The notes: generated by a model from the letters alone, not told the origin. DNA of 64,000 bases from Ginglymostoma cirratum (GCA_024137785.1 JAHRHZ010000009.1:7522428-7586427); one strand, 5' to 3'. Positions 47,085 through 61,147 are shown, counted from the stretch's first letter. Program-made: numbers and translations.

Positions 47085-49859
47085 TTATAAACACGCGGCA
47101 CTGCCGCCGGAGAAACAACTGGCAAATCAGTTAAGTTTTATTTTACAAAATAAAAACATCTTTTGGATTGTTGTTAGAACAGGAGGCATTCAAATTAACC
47201 GGAATTTCTTGCGAATAAGCTCCGAACTAATACGCCGGTCTTCCATTTGTACGAGTTGCAGTCGAGTAAACTGTGGGGAAGAATCAAAACTTCTCAAAGC
47301 GCATGACCCTTCCCGCAGATCGAAGTTATTAATTACCAGCAAAAGTGTGTGTGTGTGTGGGTGTGTGTGTCTGGGGTTTGGGGGGGGTGTGGGGGGGGAT
47401 GTTCCAGTGACTTCATGATGAGCGTGGGAATTAGCGTATAAAATGCTGCAGTAAACGTGTCGACAGCTGTAATGGTTAGGGCTGATGTTGAAAGGGTTTA
47501 CAATCGTTGCTAATCCTTTGCTGTTTGTAGGAGACACGCGTGACGATTTCTGTTTAACTGATGTCTTCTCAGGCCGGTGAGCGGGATAAACAAGTGATTT
47601 GAATATAAAACTCCATGATGCCGCAACTCCAACTCACCGATAATAGGGTTATGGTCTTAAAACTTCTTTTTTATAAAAAAGAAAATCTTGACACACGTAT
47701 GAATCCTTCCATAGATCTATCACCTCGGACTTTGCTACGTGTCATCATCTCGTGTCCGCGTTTATCGCTAACTATGAAACACACAGAAAGCAGTGAAAAC
47801 TTTGTTGGGGTGATTCGTGAATGAACAATTTATGCGCACATACAATCACGTTTGTTTCACAAACTGCAACTGTAGATTTCATATCATCGCCTTAAATTTG
47901 CGAAAATCTAGAATATTATCACATCTGTCGATCCAATCCGCCCAGGATTAATACATTAATTGAGGAGAAGTCACTAAGATTTGTTTCATTAAAAAGGAAA
48001 CATTTTTTAAAGGTTGCAAGCTGTCATTATCCCGCTTGGAACTTTTTTTTAATACAGTTCCGTAGTTTCTTCCTGCTCTTCAGTTAGCTGGGAGATAATT
48101 CAAACTAACCTGGAAACAGAGAGGATTCTTGTTCCATCCTTTACGGAGAATGTGTCGCCACTGAAAATCATTCAATTGTCCGCGCAATGTCCAGAACATC
48201 ACACACTGGTCAAACTGGACACTTCATTTCTGTCGCTTTAAATTCTTTTGCGAAACTTATTAACTGTCACGATCGATATACACTACCAAACCCGTTTAAA
48301 CTAAATGGGATTTAGTTGCTCAGGATTCCGGACACTCGGGATCCCTCGCCTGTAAATTAGATTATGTCTGGCGAGTTGAAAACTAAATAAAACTAACACG
48401 TTATTTGCACCTTTTTGTTAGGTTTCAAGATTTAGGTGCAGAATATCGAGTTGGAATCTTTTTATAACTCGTCCGTGCTTGCTCTTTTTCATCAATTGTC
48501 TACTTACATTTAAACATTAATTGTCATTTGCAGTTTCCATCAAGTATTTCCCTTTAATTGCAAACTCGCGTTTTCCCCGATTGTGCACTTATCCATTTCC
48601 ATTTATTCCATTGACACTAACATAGAGTTGGGAGAATTACAACTCACTAAAATAATTGGGCAAGGGTTTTATGGCAGATGCTGATTAATTGCCCGAAAGA
48701 TCGGTCTTTTTAAACAGTAAATCCGCTCTTGCGTGATGGATGCTTATTTTACAGTTTAATATTACATGAGCTGATTATTTGATAATTCCAAAAGTCATGA
48801 GGTTCCTGAAGACAATACAACTCTGAACGCAATCACTCTGATCTCTTAATAATTTAAATATTGCAGACACAAATAATTTCCAAGTCTGAATTCTACCCTC
48901 ACAATTAGTTTCCGCAAATTTCAGAAGTAACATTACGTAATCTCAAGGATTTTAAAACCCTCAAGAAGTTAACTATGTCGGTCAATTCAAGGCAGACTTC
49001 AAAATCTTTGAAGTCTAGATATTCTTGTTATCTTTAAAAGTTTACCGTGACAGTCAAGTGCCGCGAGAATGTTCCAAATTTAGGAAGGCGATAAGACCCA
49101 GACAGAATTCATGGCGGGAGTTTCTTTTTGTGGAAAATTAAAGATTTAATCTCTAGTGGGCGCTGTCGGTCCATGAAAAAGACTGAAATCGGCAGACTGC
49201 TGGCAATATCATACCTTCACATCATCGCATTTAATGCCCAGCCCAGAACAAAATACATCAGTGCCTTTAACCAGCCGTATAATTCCTTCAACAGAATACA
49301 AATGCACGGAATTGCAGCAAATCAATGGACACGGCATAATTGTTTATCTCGGTGAGATGCACAGTTATTTGTCTCCAGAGCGAAGCTTTCCTCATCATCT
49401 TGCACTCCCCGCCCCCTATTTGATTTGCGCAAATATCAAACCTTGCATTGGCTGTCGTTTACCCTAGCCCCCATGCAATCTGACCGAATTGGCAAGGGAG
49501 GGGGGGAGTGGGAAGGAGAAAAAGACAATGTCAGGGAAACTTTTACGACAGTGAAAATCCTACCAGTTTATTGATGAGTGCAATGTATTAGGGACATAAT
49601 CCCACCTCCACTCCCTAAAACCCGCAACCTTGTTCCCCTACCCCTGTCCCCAAATCCCCATCAACACTTTAATCAAATGATAACGAGATTTGTGCTTAAA
49701 CTGCAATCTTTTTAATTAGCAAGTGCAAATGGAACAGTGTGTGCGTTTACATGGGAGAGCTATAGTGGTGTAGCCTCGCTCAGTTTTATTGAGTTACCTG
49801 CTCTCTCAGATCTGCCTTCACCCGATGGAACAATAACAATGGTGGGGGGTGGCGTTGAC

Positions 49860-50010
49860 TGACGCATCTGAAGACCAATGGGAGCCTGGATATTGCAGTC
49901 AGTCAACCCGAAGTGGCGGCCGCAGGTGGCTGGGTAAACCAATGAGCGGGTGCTAGGGAGAGGGGCGGGCTCTCTGAGACCCTGCTGCTGGGAGGTATAT
50001 AACCTTCCTG
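49860..50010 (+). promoter_or_regulatory. EFNB2: EFNB2 core promoter candidate
   Basis: CCAAT at 49875-49879 and 49939-49943, GC box GGGGCGGG 49962-49969, TATATAA 49996-50002, in canonical order ~575 nt upstream of the ATG. Confidence 0.65.
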
Positions 50011-50575
50011 CAAAGAGCTGCCTCATCACGTCCTGGATGGTGAAAGTCGCCAAGTGGAGAGCTGAGGAAGGCAGAAATACACACACACACACACATATAA
50101 CACAGACAGAGCGCGCTTGCATGCACATCGCTGCAACCCTTACTGTGAACAACCCAATCGGACAGACTTGGACCTATGTCTCAAACAGCAGAGAGATTGC
50201 TCAGAGAGGAGAGAAGGAAGGCTCGCAACTGATTATTTTTCTCTCTCTCTTCCCCCCACCACCACCCCTCGTCCTGCCTTGGCTCATTTTGCCTCTGCGT
50301 TGTAAAGCAGGTATCTAGGTACAACAACAACATAGAGAGAGTAGCAGCGATTTGAAAGTAAAGCATCGGCAGTGTTGCCGGGAGTATGTGGAGAGCGAGT
50401 GGCCGAGTGTGAGAGACCGCTCTGCGAACAGCTCCAGCGGATCAGCAGCAACTGCGAGGCAGACTCTCGGATCTTTTGGTTCTTTAATTTTTTTAAAGAA
50501 AAAGGATACATCCAGAGATTTGACAGGGACGCGGGGCGCTCTCTACCCGAACTGTATTGGATCAAGTTACCGGTA

Positions 50576-50697
50576 ATGATGGCAATAAGGAACTCGCTTT
50601 GGAGATACTATTTGGGAGTTTTGTTCGTTTTATGCAGGGTGGCTCTATCAAACTGTGAAATTTTGGCACCTATATATTGGAATTCCTCAAATCCCAA
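50576..50697 (+). CDS. EFNB2: Ephrin-B2 coding exon 1 (signal peptide and start of receptor-binding domain); gene continues beyond the window
   Basis: MMAIRNSLWRYYLGVLFVLCRVALSNCEILAPIYWNSSNP(K) resembles human MAVRRDSVWKYCWGVLMVLCRTAISKSIVLEPIYWNSSNSK; donor AA|GTAAGT at 50698 (122 nt, phase 2); synteny with ARGLU1. No exon 2 was recognised before 64000. Confidence 0.93.
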
Positions 50698-53648
50698 GTA
50701 AGTGAAACAGCAGACGCCTCTTCTGGAAGGCTCAGCACTTTTTGCAAATCTTATGATTTAATTTCTTGCACAAACATATAGTACAAGGCGGCGTTGACTT
50801 GTTAAGCGTAGTCTCTCTGTCCCTATTCCAGTGTTGGGGTGGGTGGTGGGGTTTACTCTCCTGACAGCGGTGTGTATTCATTGAGACAGTCCGAGGAGAA
50901 ATAGCGCTGGAGCCGGTTCTCCGGGAGGGGACCCGGTCTGTAGTGAAGCCAGATCGCGATCCGCCACGGAGACGCGGTTAGCGACTGCCTGCCCCCTCCC
51001 TCCTCAGTGTGTTTGGAAATGGCTGGGTTTATACATTGAAGGCTTTTTTTTGTTAATGATTGGGAGCGAGGTAGGGGTGCGAGTTTAGTGGCTGGGGGGG
51101 GGGGGAAACACTGGAAAATGAACCGAGCCTGCAGTCTGCATGGGTACAACCTTACTTGGGGCCCTGGGTTGTGAGAACACGAGTTAGGAGGTGCCCGAGA
51201 TAGAGAGGGACACAGTTCGCAGGAAGGGGGTCAGATCGAGCTTTCTTATAGATATAGATATGAAAATCCGCGATGGATGCGGGTGTTAACTCCCAGCGCG
51301 ATGCTAACAGCAGTCTGACAGAAGGGAGCAGGTGGCGTTAGGAGACTCGGTGTTAATATCGGGAGGATACAGCGATCTGCGCTGTCAGTGTTGGAACGGA
51401 TTCTGCAGGAGACGCTTTGCTTGAAGTTTCGACAGCAAGGGGGATTCTCTCCGGGAAACCGCTTGATTTGCCCAGAGTGTATTTCCTGCATTGAAGCTCT
51501 GACCTGAAATGAGTGTTGGTGGAGGAAACGCGGGCTAATTCTGCCCTTCAGAACCCGCACCGAGGTGCAGGCACTAATGAAAATGAACGTCGTCCAGACC
51601 TCCCTCTTAGGTCCATCGTAGGGACTGATATTGTTCACGTCTCCCAGTGCAACTGGTGTAAGAGCAGCAGACTGAACCTTTTCTCGTGTGCCTCAGCCCG
51701 GTGCCATTATCATTGCAAGCCGCCTCTCTTAATACATGGCGCTTTCAGGTCTCCTGGACCGCCACCACCCCCCCCCCCCCCCCCCCCCCCCAACTATCAT
51801 TTCAACGCATAGGAAAAGCAAACAGTTACAATCATTCGCTCCTCCAGTGTTTAGTCTATGAATCAGCTTCTTATCGGAGTTGGGTTAAACCTTTCTGTTG
51901 GAACTCATTCAGCAAATGTTTGTTTAAAGTGTTAGAGCAAATGGGGTGTCCCAGTTACCAAAAACAGGTCAAGATAAGAAACTTGATGACAAATCTAAAT
52001 AGGCTCAGTTTTGACCCTTCCACACCCTGGTTTAATATCTCGCCCTCTCAGCCCTTTGAAAAAAAACACAGCCTCCTCACTCCGTCAGCATTTAGAGTGA
52101 ACAGGGGATTTGACCACTTTATATATTCATTCACCTTTTAGTGCGTATGAACTTTTAAAAAAACTTGATGTTAGTATTTACTATGTAAACACACGTTAAA
52201 AAAATTCTGCACTACCGTTAAAAGATCTTGCAACTTTGAAAGCTGCCTCTTTTGAGAAAAGTATAGGTTCTCACCTCGAAGAAAGGCAGATGGAGGGGGA
52301 AAATAGCGTGCTAGAAATGGCGGGATTGCCTCTAAAACTCCGAAGTCCTAACTTTTTCTTTTTAACGCCTGGACTGTCTCTGTGCCAAATGAGGACTAGA
52401 GATTTTTATTTGAAACGTATAGTATATAAAACTGAGAGTTAGTATGGGAGGATGTACTGCTTGTTCCTTGAAATTTGGGTTAGATTTTGGCACGGAATTA
52501 TGTGTGTATATATATAAAACAACTGAAAAAAATTGATTGAGAAATCACATTACAGGCTAACCATTTATCTTCAGCCCAAGTGACACCTCCGTTCAATACA
52601 AGTTGCGTCAGTTTTTTTCTTCCGTACTTCGGGAAGGCGAACTTGTGAAACTCGCTATTAACGCACCATATGTTCCACAGTACAGGGAGAGAGAAAAAAG
52701 AGTTGATGAAACGCCTTGTGTTCTGGGGGAACCTCAGACTTTAGAGAAAAGCCACCTCCTCGTCACTTAGCATTGAGTCGGGCAGGTGCGAACACTTTCG
52801 GTTAGTGCTGAGATGGGAGAAAATGGTTTATTTAAATGTTAAGAACAGATTGCAGATGGGAGACACTGCTTGGCAAAATAAAAATTCGAGTTTTCACCGG
52901 GGAAGAGTCAATTTCATAAAAGAAGACAGCATTTCTCACACTTCAGCACGATAGGCTTTCTCGCCGTTTCCCAGTCATTTTAAAACGTTGTTCACTGGAG
53001 CCTTACTTCGATGAAACTGCTCAATGTTTCGCTGAAGTAAGGCCCCCTCATTGATCACCGGAAGAAAGTTGAAAGGAGTTTTGAATGAATTATTCTGCAC
53101 TTTCTACCAGGCACCTTACATTACACTGGGAGGCAGCAGCAACAGGTAACCGGGTTTATAACTATGCAGGATATAACAGATACACAGTCATCAAATACGG
53201 ACAGATCCGCTACTGGTGCCCAAATGCTTGAATTACCCAGGCATTTCCCCATTACGCTGTTGTTTAAGCTTCGGGCCATCTTGTGCAAAGTAAGACATCT
53301 CGTTCCGGCCTGTTCTTGGAGCAGTTTAGATAAGCGGCACGTTTGTACAAACCTAACAGATCAAATGGTGCTTGCGGTCAACCTGATAATATCTTCCAAT
53401 TCTCTCTGCGCATCAAGAGATACACACCCTGTAACCCAGACATTTTGCAAACGACATGTAATCGTTGCAAAATTCAGATTGGCCTGCATTGATAAACTTA
53501 CTGTTAAATACGCATTTAAACACGTTAGAAACTTTATTATTTCCCTCCGTTCAGTTAAGCAATAATGCTAATGTATCTCTAGTGCTATTTGTTTGGATAT
53601 ATAAAACAGAGCACATATTAAACTTTAAAACAAATCAGACTAAACTGA

Positions 53649-53747
53649 ATAAAAACCAAAAGAACTGATGATGCTGTAAATCAGAAACAAACACAGAAAT
53701 TGCTGGAAAAGCTCAGCAGGTCTGCCAGCAATTTCTGTTTTTGTTTT
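53649..53747. mobile_element. 99-bp PLE-derived hairpin insertion with 12-bp TSD
   Basis: agactaaactga at 53637-53648 and 53748-53759; internal inverted arms acagaaattgctgg / ccagcaatttctgt. Confidence 0.8.
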
Positions 53748-56700
53748 AGACTAAACTGACACAGTTTTATCTAGTTTTAGCAATTTCTAATAGGTGCACT
53801 TAAGTTAGAAAAGAGAAAAAAAACAGAATATTAACAAACTAGAAATTGCGCAGTTAATTTTTTTTTATAAATCAGAAGATTTCTAATTGGAAATGAGAAG
53901 AAACTTCAGTCAGATAATGAAGGTTTATCCTGAAGTGCAGCCTTTCACTTCATTACATAGATAGAGATGAAAAGCTCTCCAAAATAGTACAGTCCTACAG
54001 AGGTCACTCTTCAGATGTTTAAAGCAGCCACTAAGATTTCTCAGCCAGTAGCTGTATGCAGCCTTTTGTTTTCCTCATGGGTTATTGGTAATTTCTCTGG
54101 AAATTATATTTCATACAAGGTGGTGGGGCGAATGAACAACATATTCAGTAGCCACTGCCCAAACATTCTGAGATAGTTTCACAATCTGAATCAAGGAGTC
54201 CCATTTGGATAATTGGAGTATTGTGTCTGATGGTACATTAACATTACTCTCATATATACATGTGAGGTTTTTTTCAGGGCATTACCATTACTAACAGCTA
54301 CCTTTATATATAGGCACTAGGGTAACTGCACTTCTACAATTGCTTTCGAATCTCCAGGATTTACTGATTAATGTCCATATTCACTACCATGAGAAACCCG
54401 GGATAAAAAGTTTAGTGGCATTAAAAGGGTGTTTCTCTTTTCCTTGCAGCATTTTTGTTTATTTGCTAATAAGGTAATGAAGAGAGAGAAAAGGTTGTTT
54501 GACTAGGTCGAACAGTTGGGGCAGAAAGTCATATAAACTTCCAGGGGTATTTTCATCCAGAGTTGGCAAATCTAAGGAGTCTTAAACTTTGCTTTGTGGG
54601 TATTGTATTTCATTACGTTATATATCTGTTTACAAGGGGCTGCTTCAAGGTGGCTCTTAAGCTGCCTGACAAGGACAGGCTTGTCAGACCTATGCAGTCT
54701 GCTTTACAATAACTCAGAAATGTTTTCATGCATTTCAGGGTATTGACCATTTTCTACAGCTTATTGGTTTGATGCAGTAAAGTCTCACCAGAGAATGTCC
54801 ACATAGAATGTTGAAATGAACAAGAATCCAGATCATAAAGATGTTAGTTTAGTTGAAGCATTTGTACAAGTATAGGTTCACCGCCTGTTTGCTCACTAGC
54901 AAAGAAAGAATAGAACATTTTTGCCTGCATGATGTAATGTTAGTCAAATGCTCCTGCTGTACTTACAGAACACATAGATCAATTATTGTTAAACAGTGAT
55001 ACATCTTATGTATTTGATCCTTTATCCCTATCTGTTGGGACACAAAGAGATGGAAGGACGAGTCACATTTCTAATCAATGGCATTATCAATTAATTTAAT
55101 GCAATAATATACGTAAAATTAATGTTAACAGATTTCTTCCCTTTGAAAAATTGCTGTTGTGAAATGGGTTTTAATTTTACTTATAAATGTTTACTATAAT
55201 TATTTATCACTAAGTTCCTCCATTATAGTATTTTGTTTCAGTCCTATCTTGCCGTAAACCAAACTGCCTTGTCACATGCATAAGGATGCCGTCTTCTGCT
55301 TATTTTTGAGTGCTAGTATGACCGTGCAGTTAGAATAGAGAGAAGCATGCAGTGTCGGTGCTTTGCACTGAAGTTAGTACTTGCACTGAAGTTTTAGGCA
55401 CATTCATGACCCTCTAGTTGCTGCTCTTTGCACTTTTACAACAATGGTGTTACATTAAAACCTGAGAAGATGTGGAAGATATCCTTGGTAGTTATTGTTT
55501 GACAATTAAAATTTTCCAGATGCAGAGTTGTGCAAAGAAAATTCAAATATGTATATCCAAGAACAATTACCTATTAAGGTTTTTCGAGCTACATGTAACC
55601 ACAGGAAGATCTTATTTTGTCATTCAACTTTTCATTGCTGCTTATAGCTGATGGTTTGAGTCTCAATAAGTGGCAAATGTTTTCTGTTCACCTATACTCA
55701 TAATGTACAGAAACAGGCCATACTTTTGATCCTATTATGGAACCACACACACTACAGCAGACATGGAGCCTATTCGACCAATGGTGTCTCTTCAGCTGAA
55801 GTTGCCCTTTTAATTTTTTTTCATTTTAAGTTCATGTTGAATTACCTTAACAATTAGAATAGTTATTTCAATAGCTGCTTAGATGGAGGTTTTTCATAAA
55901 CAGTTTTTTTTTAATAGTCTACTTACCTGTTCTGTTTCTTCAGCGAGAATTGTGAGTTTCTTCCTCTTTGTTATCCATTTATGGAAATAATATTACATAA
56001 CTCACTTCTTTCCAAAACGCTTTGTAATTCTAGTTATTAGATCCTTTAATCTTCTCTGAGGTAGTGAAAAAAGAGTCTTTTTTTTCTATTGATGACCTCT
56101 CACTCCTGACATTATCCTATATTACACTTTTTCTGTAATGTGAATATCTTTGCTGTTAAGAGGAAGCAATTAAAAAGATACAGCTTTTATTGTCCCAAAT
56201 CATTCTTTCATGTTTTCATTATTCTTAGAACTCTTTTCCAATGTAATCTACTTCTGTTGAATTTCTGTAAAAGCGGGTTGCTTTATAGAGAAAACCAATC
56301 CATTCTGATCAAATAATAGGACGGTTTGTTATACACGGCAAACTATACTTTTTCAGGAATTCAGAAATTTAAAATTAAAATATTAAATCTTTGGCATCTT
56401 TAAGAATGATAGATTAGTTTAAAAGGAGGGCTTTCAAGAAAACCTGTACAGACATCATTGCTAATATTGCTTTTAAATCCAGCATGATTGCTTAAGTAAA
56501 ATAAGCTTTTCTCTAATTTCTGTCATGAGTAGAGTATTTAGAGGATGCTGTAATTTGTTGGAAAAGGTTGTTGTTTACTCTGGATCTCAGTCCTACAATT
56601 GTATTTTCTCTCTGAAGTAAATTCAAAGAGATGAGAGTAAAAGATAATTTCTGCCAATTGCCTATGCACAGCACATTTTACCTCAGCCTGTCTGTTCAGT

Positions 56701-59700
56701 TCACATCATCAAAGGTAGAGGCAACACCCTTGATATTTCTCGATTAAAAGCAGATTTTTGGCAGGATTCTGATTTACATCATAATAATCCTAACCACAAA
56801 GAAAAATGACTAGTCGCTGTTTAAAACAAAATATCCCAGCTGTAAGCCTCCATGGAGCTTGGGGACAGTGAGGAGGTAGTAGCAGCTCATGACACACAGA
56901 GCATGAGAAATGCAAATGCCAACACTGATGCTGAGCAGAAAGACTGCTTTATGTTCACATACGTGGAATGGCCAGGCAATGAATTTAACTTCATTAAAAA
57001 GCATGTCACTTTTCAGAGAGAGGACAGCTCTCAGATGACAAGTTATTCTATTTGCATTTTGAAGACCCATCAGTATCTGCATTGTTGAGGCTTTCAAAAT
57101 TCATGGGCATAATTAAAACAAGAGTGTTCTGTGTACTGACTTAGCTATTTGATGGCAGAATGAAATACTGAGGTTTAATTTTAGTTCAGTGAACACCTTC
57201 TTAGTTTCTGGCTAACTACTTTATATAACCCAAATAATTTATTTAAAGCTGTTATATTTAATGTTGATGAAGAATGATGGATTTTCTACTATGCAATGTT
57301 CTTGCATTGCCGGGCTCCTTTGGTGGCTTAGTTCCGTAGTTAAATGCAATACACATTGTGATGTAAAAAAAAGTTGATGTGTCTTGGGTTAGCATTGGGG
57401 TGCAATTGTTAGTTTCTGTGTCCCTGCATTAGTGATGATTAAAAGCCAGGATCCTATGGTTGTCCTTTGGCCCTTGTTGGAAGAGTGGGACAGGAGATTG
57501 TCCAGATTTTTGCTTGAAAATAAATGTTACTTCACAAGTTACCAAATTTAATGATCGCATCTTATCTGTAATGATCAATCAGTGTCTCTTTAATGTGCGT
57601 TGAGACATGTAAACTCACTTTTATAAATATAGTAAAGGTCCCATGCACGTAATTGCTTAAAAACAGTTTTAAAGAAAGGTGGTTTAGGATTTTTAGAGCC
57701 AAAGATTGGTTAAAAATAAAATGTACTTTTGTTTCTTGTGACTTGAAGAAGATCCTTCATTTGCAATTTTAATTAAATGTAAGTTCTAATTCCCAGTTGC
57801 TGCAACCAGTCTTTTCACTTAATGAAGCAACATCTACATTCAGTTACTAAATTATTTCAAGTTCAAGGATGTCATTGGACAAGGAACAAATTAGCTTAAC
57901 TAGACTTCCAGAATAGAAGCCACTTCATACATTATGACAACTGAAAACATAAATTATATGAATCTGAGAATGATCTTGAGCAAAATTATTCAACACTTAA
58001 CATGGGCATTTTATAAATTCATCATCCTGCAAAAGTCAGAAAGGTATTACATTGCGTAAAACAAACAGGCAATGTTTGCGTTCAAGCAGGATCTCGATAT
58101 GAAGAAGGTGCTGCTCATCTGTAGAATGATACCTTACATGAGAGAATCGGTAGATTTGTGTTACTGAGTTTGGGGAAACTTTAGTTTGTTAACCCAAGAT
58201 AGAACACATTCAAATTAGATTGAACTTAGTCCTTTCAAACAGATCATACAGTAATACAAACTAGTCCCAATAAAACATTTCTTTGTTTGTAGGCAAGCAG
58301 GTGCATATCGATTGCATTTTGAGTAGGCTGCAGAATTGCATTTACATTAGGGCTCATCTTTTCCTTTCCTAAGTATTAAACAATGAGAAACTTGCTCCCA
58401 ATGCCTCTTTGAAGTACTTTTGCAACATTTTGTTAAACAAAGAAAACATTGCATGGATAAACTGGACCCATTGAAGTAAGATCCTTGTTTTCTTTTAATT
58501 GGGAAGGCTCTAGATGTGTTGCACCAGGAGCTGCTATTATAAAGGACATGACTCAAGCCGAATGGTTGTGCATTTTTGACCCTCCTATGGTCTTACAGTA
58601 GCACATGATAGGTTGGACATGGGAAAGGAAATAAACTGCAGAATTGTCTTGATGCCTTTATTATACATAAATTGATTGCCACATCTGCAATTCAAAACTA
58701 AATTCTGTCTGTTTTTAATACGTGCTGCTATGTTTCTTAAAAACTATGTATTACTGTGAAAAGAATTTTAAGTTGTTGCAATTTATGAAGGAATCAGTAA
58801 TTTGATAAAAATAAATTGCTGCAAAGTTCTGAGCATGGAATTCGTCAGGAGATGTTAAAAGAAGCCACAAATACCAATTAAAGAAGTATGACAAAACAGA
58901 TCTGTACTTGATAAAAGCAGTTTCATTGTTATGGTGTTTGTCCCATGTTCTTGTCTAAAAAAAGGCACATGGGAATGTAGAATGTTCACTGTCTTAAAGC
59001 AAAAATAAATCAAAAGCAGCCTGTCTTTAGACTTTAACACTCCTTTATGCTTAACCCCCGAGGAATTTTGAATTTGGCAAATATGCCAAACCTATTTCTC
59101 AATTCTGTCTACCTATAGATCAATCATGGGAAAGGCGGTGTTCCAAAATGTTTATTGTACTGTAAGGTAGAGCTGTACATATTACGGGAACAAAAAGTTT
59201 CATTGGAGAAGCAACTTCTTCTTAATCTTGAGGGATTTCAATATGATTTGTATATCGAACTGTCGATTAAAGTTATCCAATATTAAAGGAATGCAGACAT
59301 TATGATATTAATGTGGGTGCAGATCATCTTACAATTTGTTTCAGCTTATAGGTAAGAATAGTATCAAAAGTAAGTTAATCTTCTGTGGCTTCGAGGCAGG
59401 TTAGGCAAGGTAAAAACTGCCTTTTGATGTTGGTTACTTTCGTGCACGAGTAGCAAAATTGTTAGAGAAACTCTTGAGTAATAAAGTTAAGGTTCTTCAT
59501 AAATTGGATGACAGTGATGTACTGCAAGTTTTGTGTTGTGATTTCACATCTTGAAGCTGGATATTGACATGTTAAAACTGCAGAGAGTTGACAAACAGGT
59601 TTCCCAAACTGCAAAGGGTTAGTTTGTAATAATCTCCCAATGGACATTTTCTGTTCTAATATGCTTACTGATCCAAGCTGCAAGAGGCAGTTTGTTGCAG

Positions 59701-61147
59701 AATATGTTTTTCTGTAATTTAGCAGGATATGAAAATGTGTTTGCAGAAGTAATTCTGGATCCTGTTCCCCTAATAGAAAAGCAAGGTACTATGGATGCTG
59801 GAAATCTAAAATAACACCTGAAATATTGGATGTACTTTGCAGGTCAGACAGCATCTGCAGGAAGGGAAGCTAAAGTCAAAATGATCATCTTGCTTCTACT
59901 GTGTCCAGTTTCCCATATTTTTATAGTTTTAGATATGAATTAGACTTGTTTGACATACTGAAGTGTTTGTTTGCTGATGTATCTATCTGTTTTCTTCAGG
60001 GAGACTTTTTTTCCCTATGCAGAATGGAAAATTAGGAAAAAGCTATGCCACAATCATCTTCTATTTAAAAGGAAATCAGCCCTCAAGTAATTGACAATGA
60101 AAGGATTACACTGCAGATTGGAGCTGTAATGTAAATTAAGGGGCAGAATAGAAAGAGCCGGATCTAGCGCGATTGAAATAAGCAGTCACAAAGACATCAG
60201 CTGTAGTAATCTGATCGTTTCTAAAGCAAACTACCAGTCTATTCCTTTCTGATAAATAATACAGCAAATGCGTCCATTTTATATACAAAATATAAGTGGG
60301 AACCGGGGTTGCCAAGGCAACATATAGATTTTGTTCATGTCCAAACTGACACATCTGTCATTGTAATTTGTAAAGGAAAGGAGGGAAGCAGCATTCAGAG
60401 CTGTTGAGCATTTTACAATATAAGAACGGGCTGGGATTAGGATGTATAAAAGGCCTGTTTTTTGGCTTGGGTTTGGAGAATGGTAAAGAAAAGCTGCTCA
60501 GTTCTTGTTCATTCATTGTGCGTAATAGGAAAAAGGTAGATTTAATTTGATGCTTTATTGAAGCCCTCTATGCCAAAGCTCCAGATTGTACCAAGGGTTG
60601 GTTAGGTTTTTTTTTTAACTCTTGGCCCAGCAGCAGCTATTCGGTTGGATTAAAATTGCTTTGAGATTGTTTCTTTCATCTATTTGTGCCACAGACAGGA
60701 ACACGCTGAGTAGCAACAGAACACAGGAGGATTGGTGGGGCTGAGGTTATCTGAAAGGAAAATAGGGTGCTTTTGATGCAGCCATCTTTCAGGCACAGGC
60801 TTTGGTCTCACACTCCATGAGAGAGGCAAAGTTAAACATGCCACATAGTTCTTGCACTGCTCTGTTGACTGTGTTTCTCCGAGTACTGCTTCTTACCTAG
60901 CATCTGATCGATAGTCTGATTGTCAGTTTCCAAGCCAGCCATTTCCCACCATTGCTGCAATAAATATATCCAGCCGATCACAGTCTCAGGGAATGGAGAG
61001 GAAGACTAGATGAAGTATCAAATTTAAAATGCACGATCTTTCATTTCTAAAAAAAATTAAAATCTGCACAGTGAAGATGTAAGAATACTAAGAATCCCCG
61101 CCAGAGGGGATGGTTACTTCATTTTTCTTCGCCATGCTGCCCCATGA

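Noticed and set aside
51766-51791. Poly-proline ORFs over a poly-C run
   Set aside because: Simple homopolymer; length is unreliable in assemblies.
56852-57088. 78-aa ATG-initiated ORF in EFNB2 intron 1
   Set aside because: No resemblance to ephrin exon 2 (expected [22 protein letters not shown]-like) or any family I recognise; length compatible with chance.
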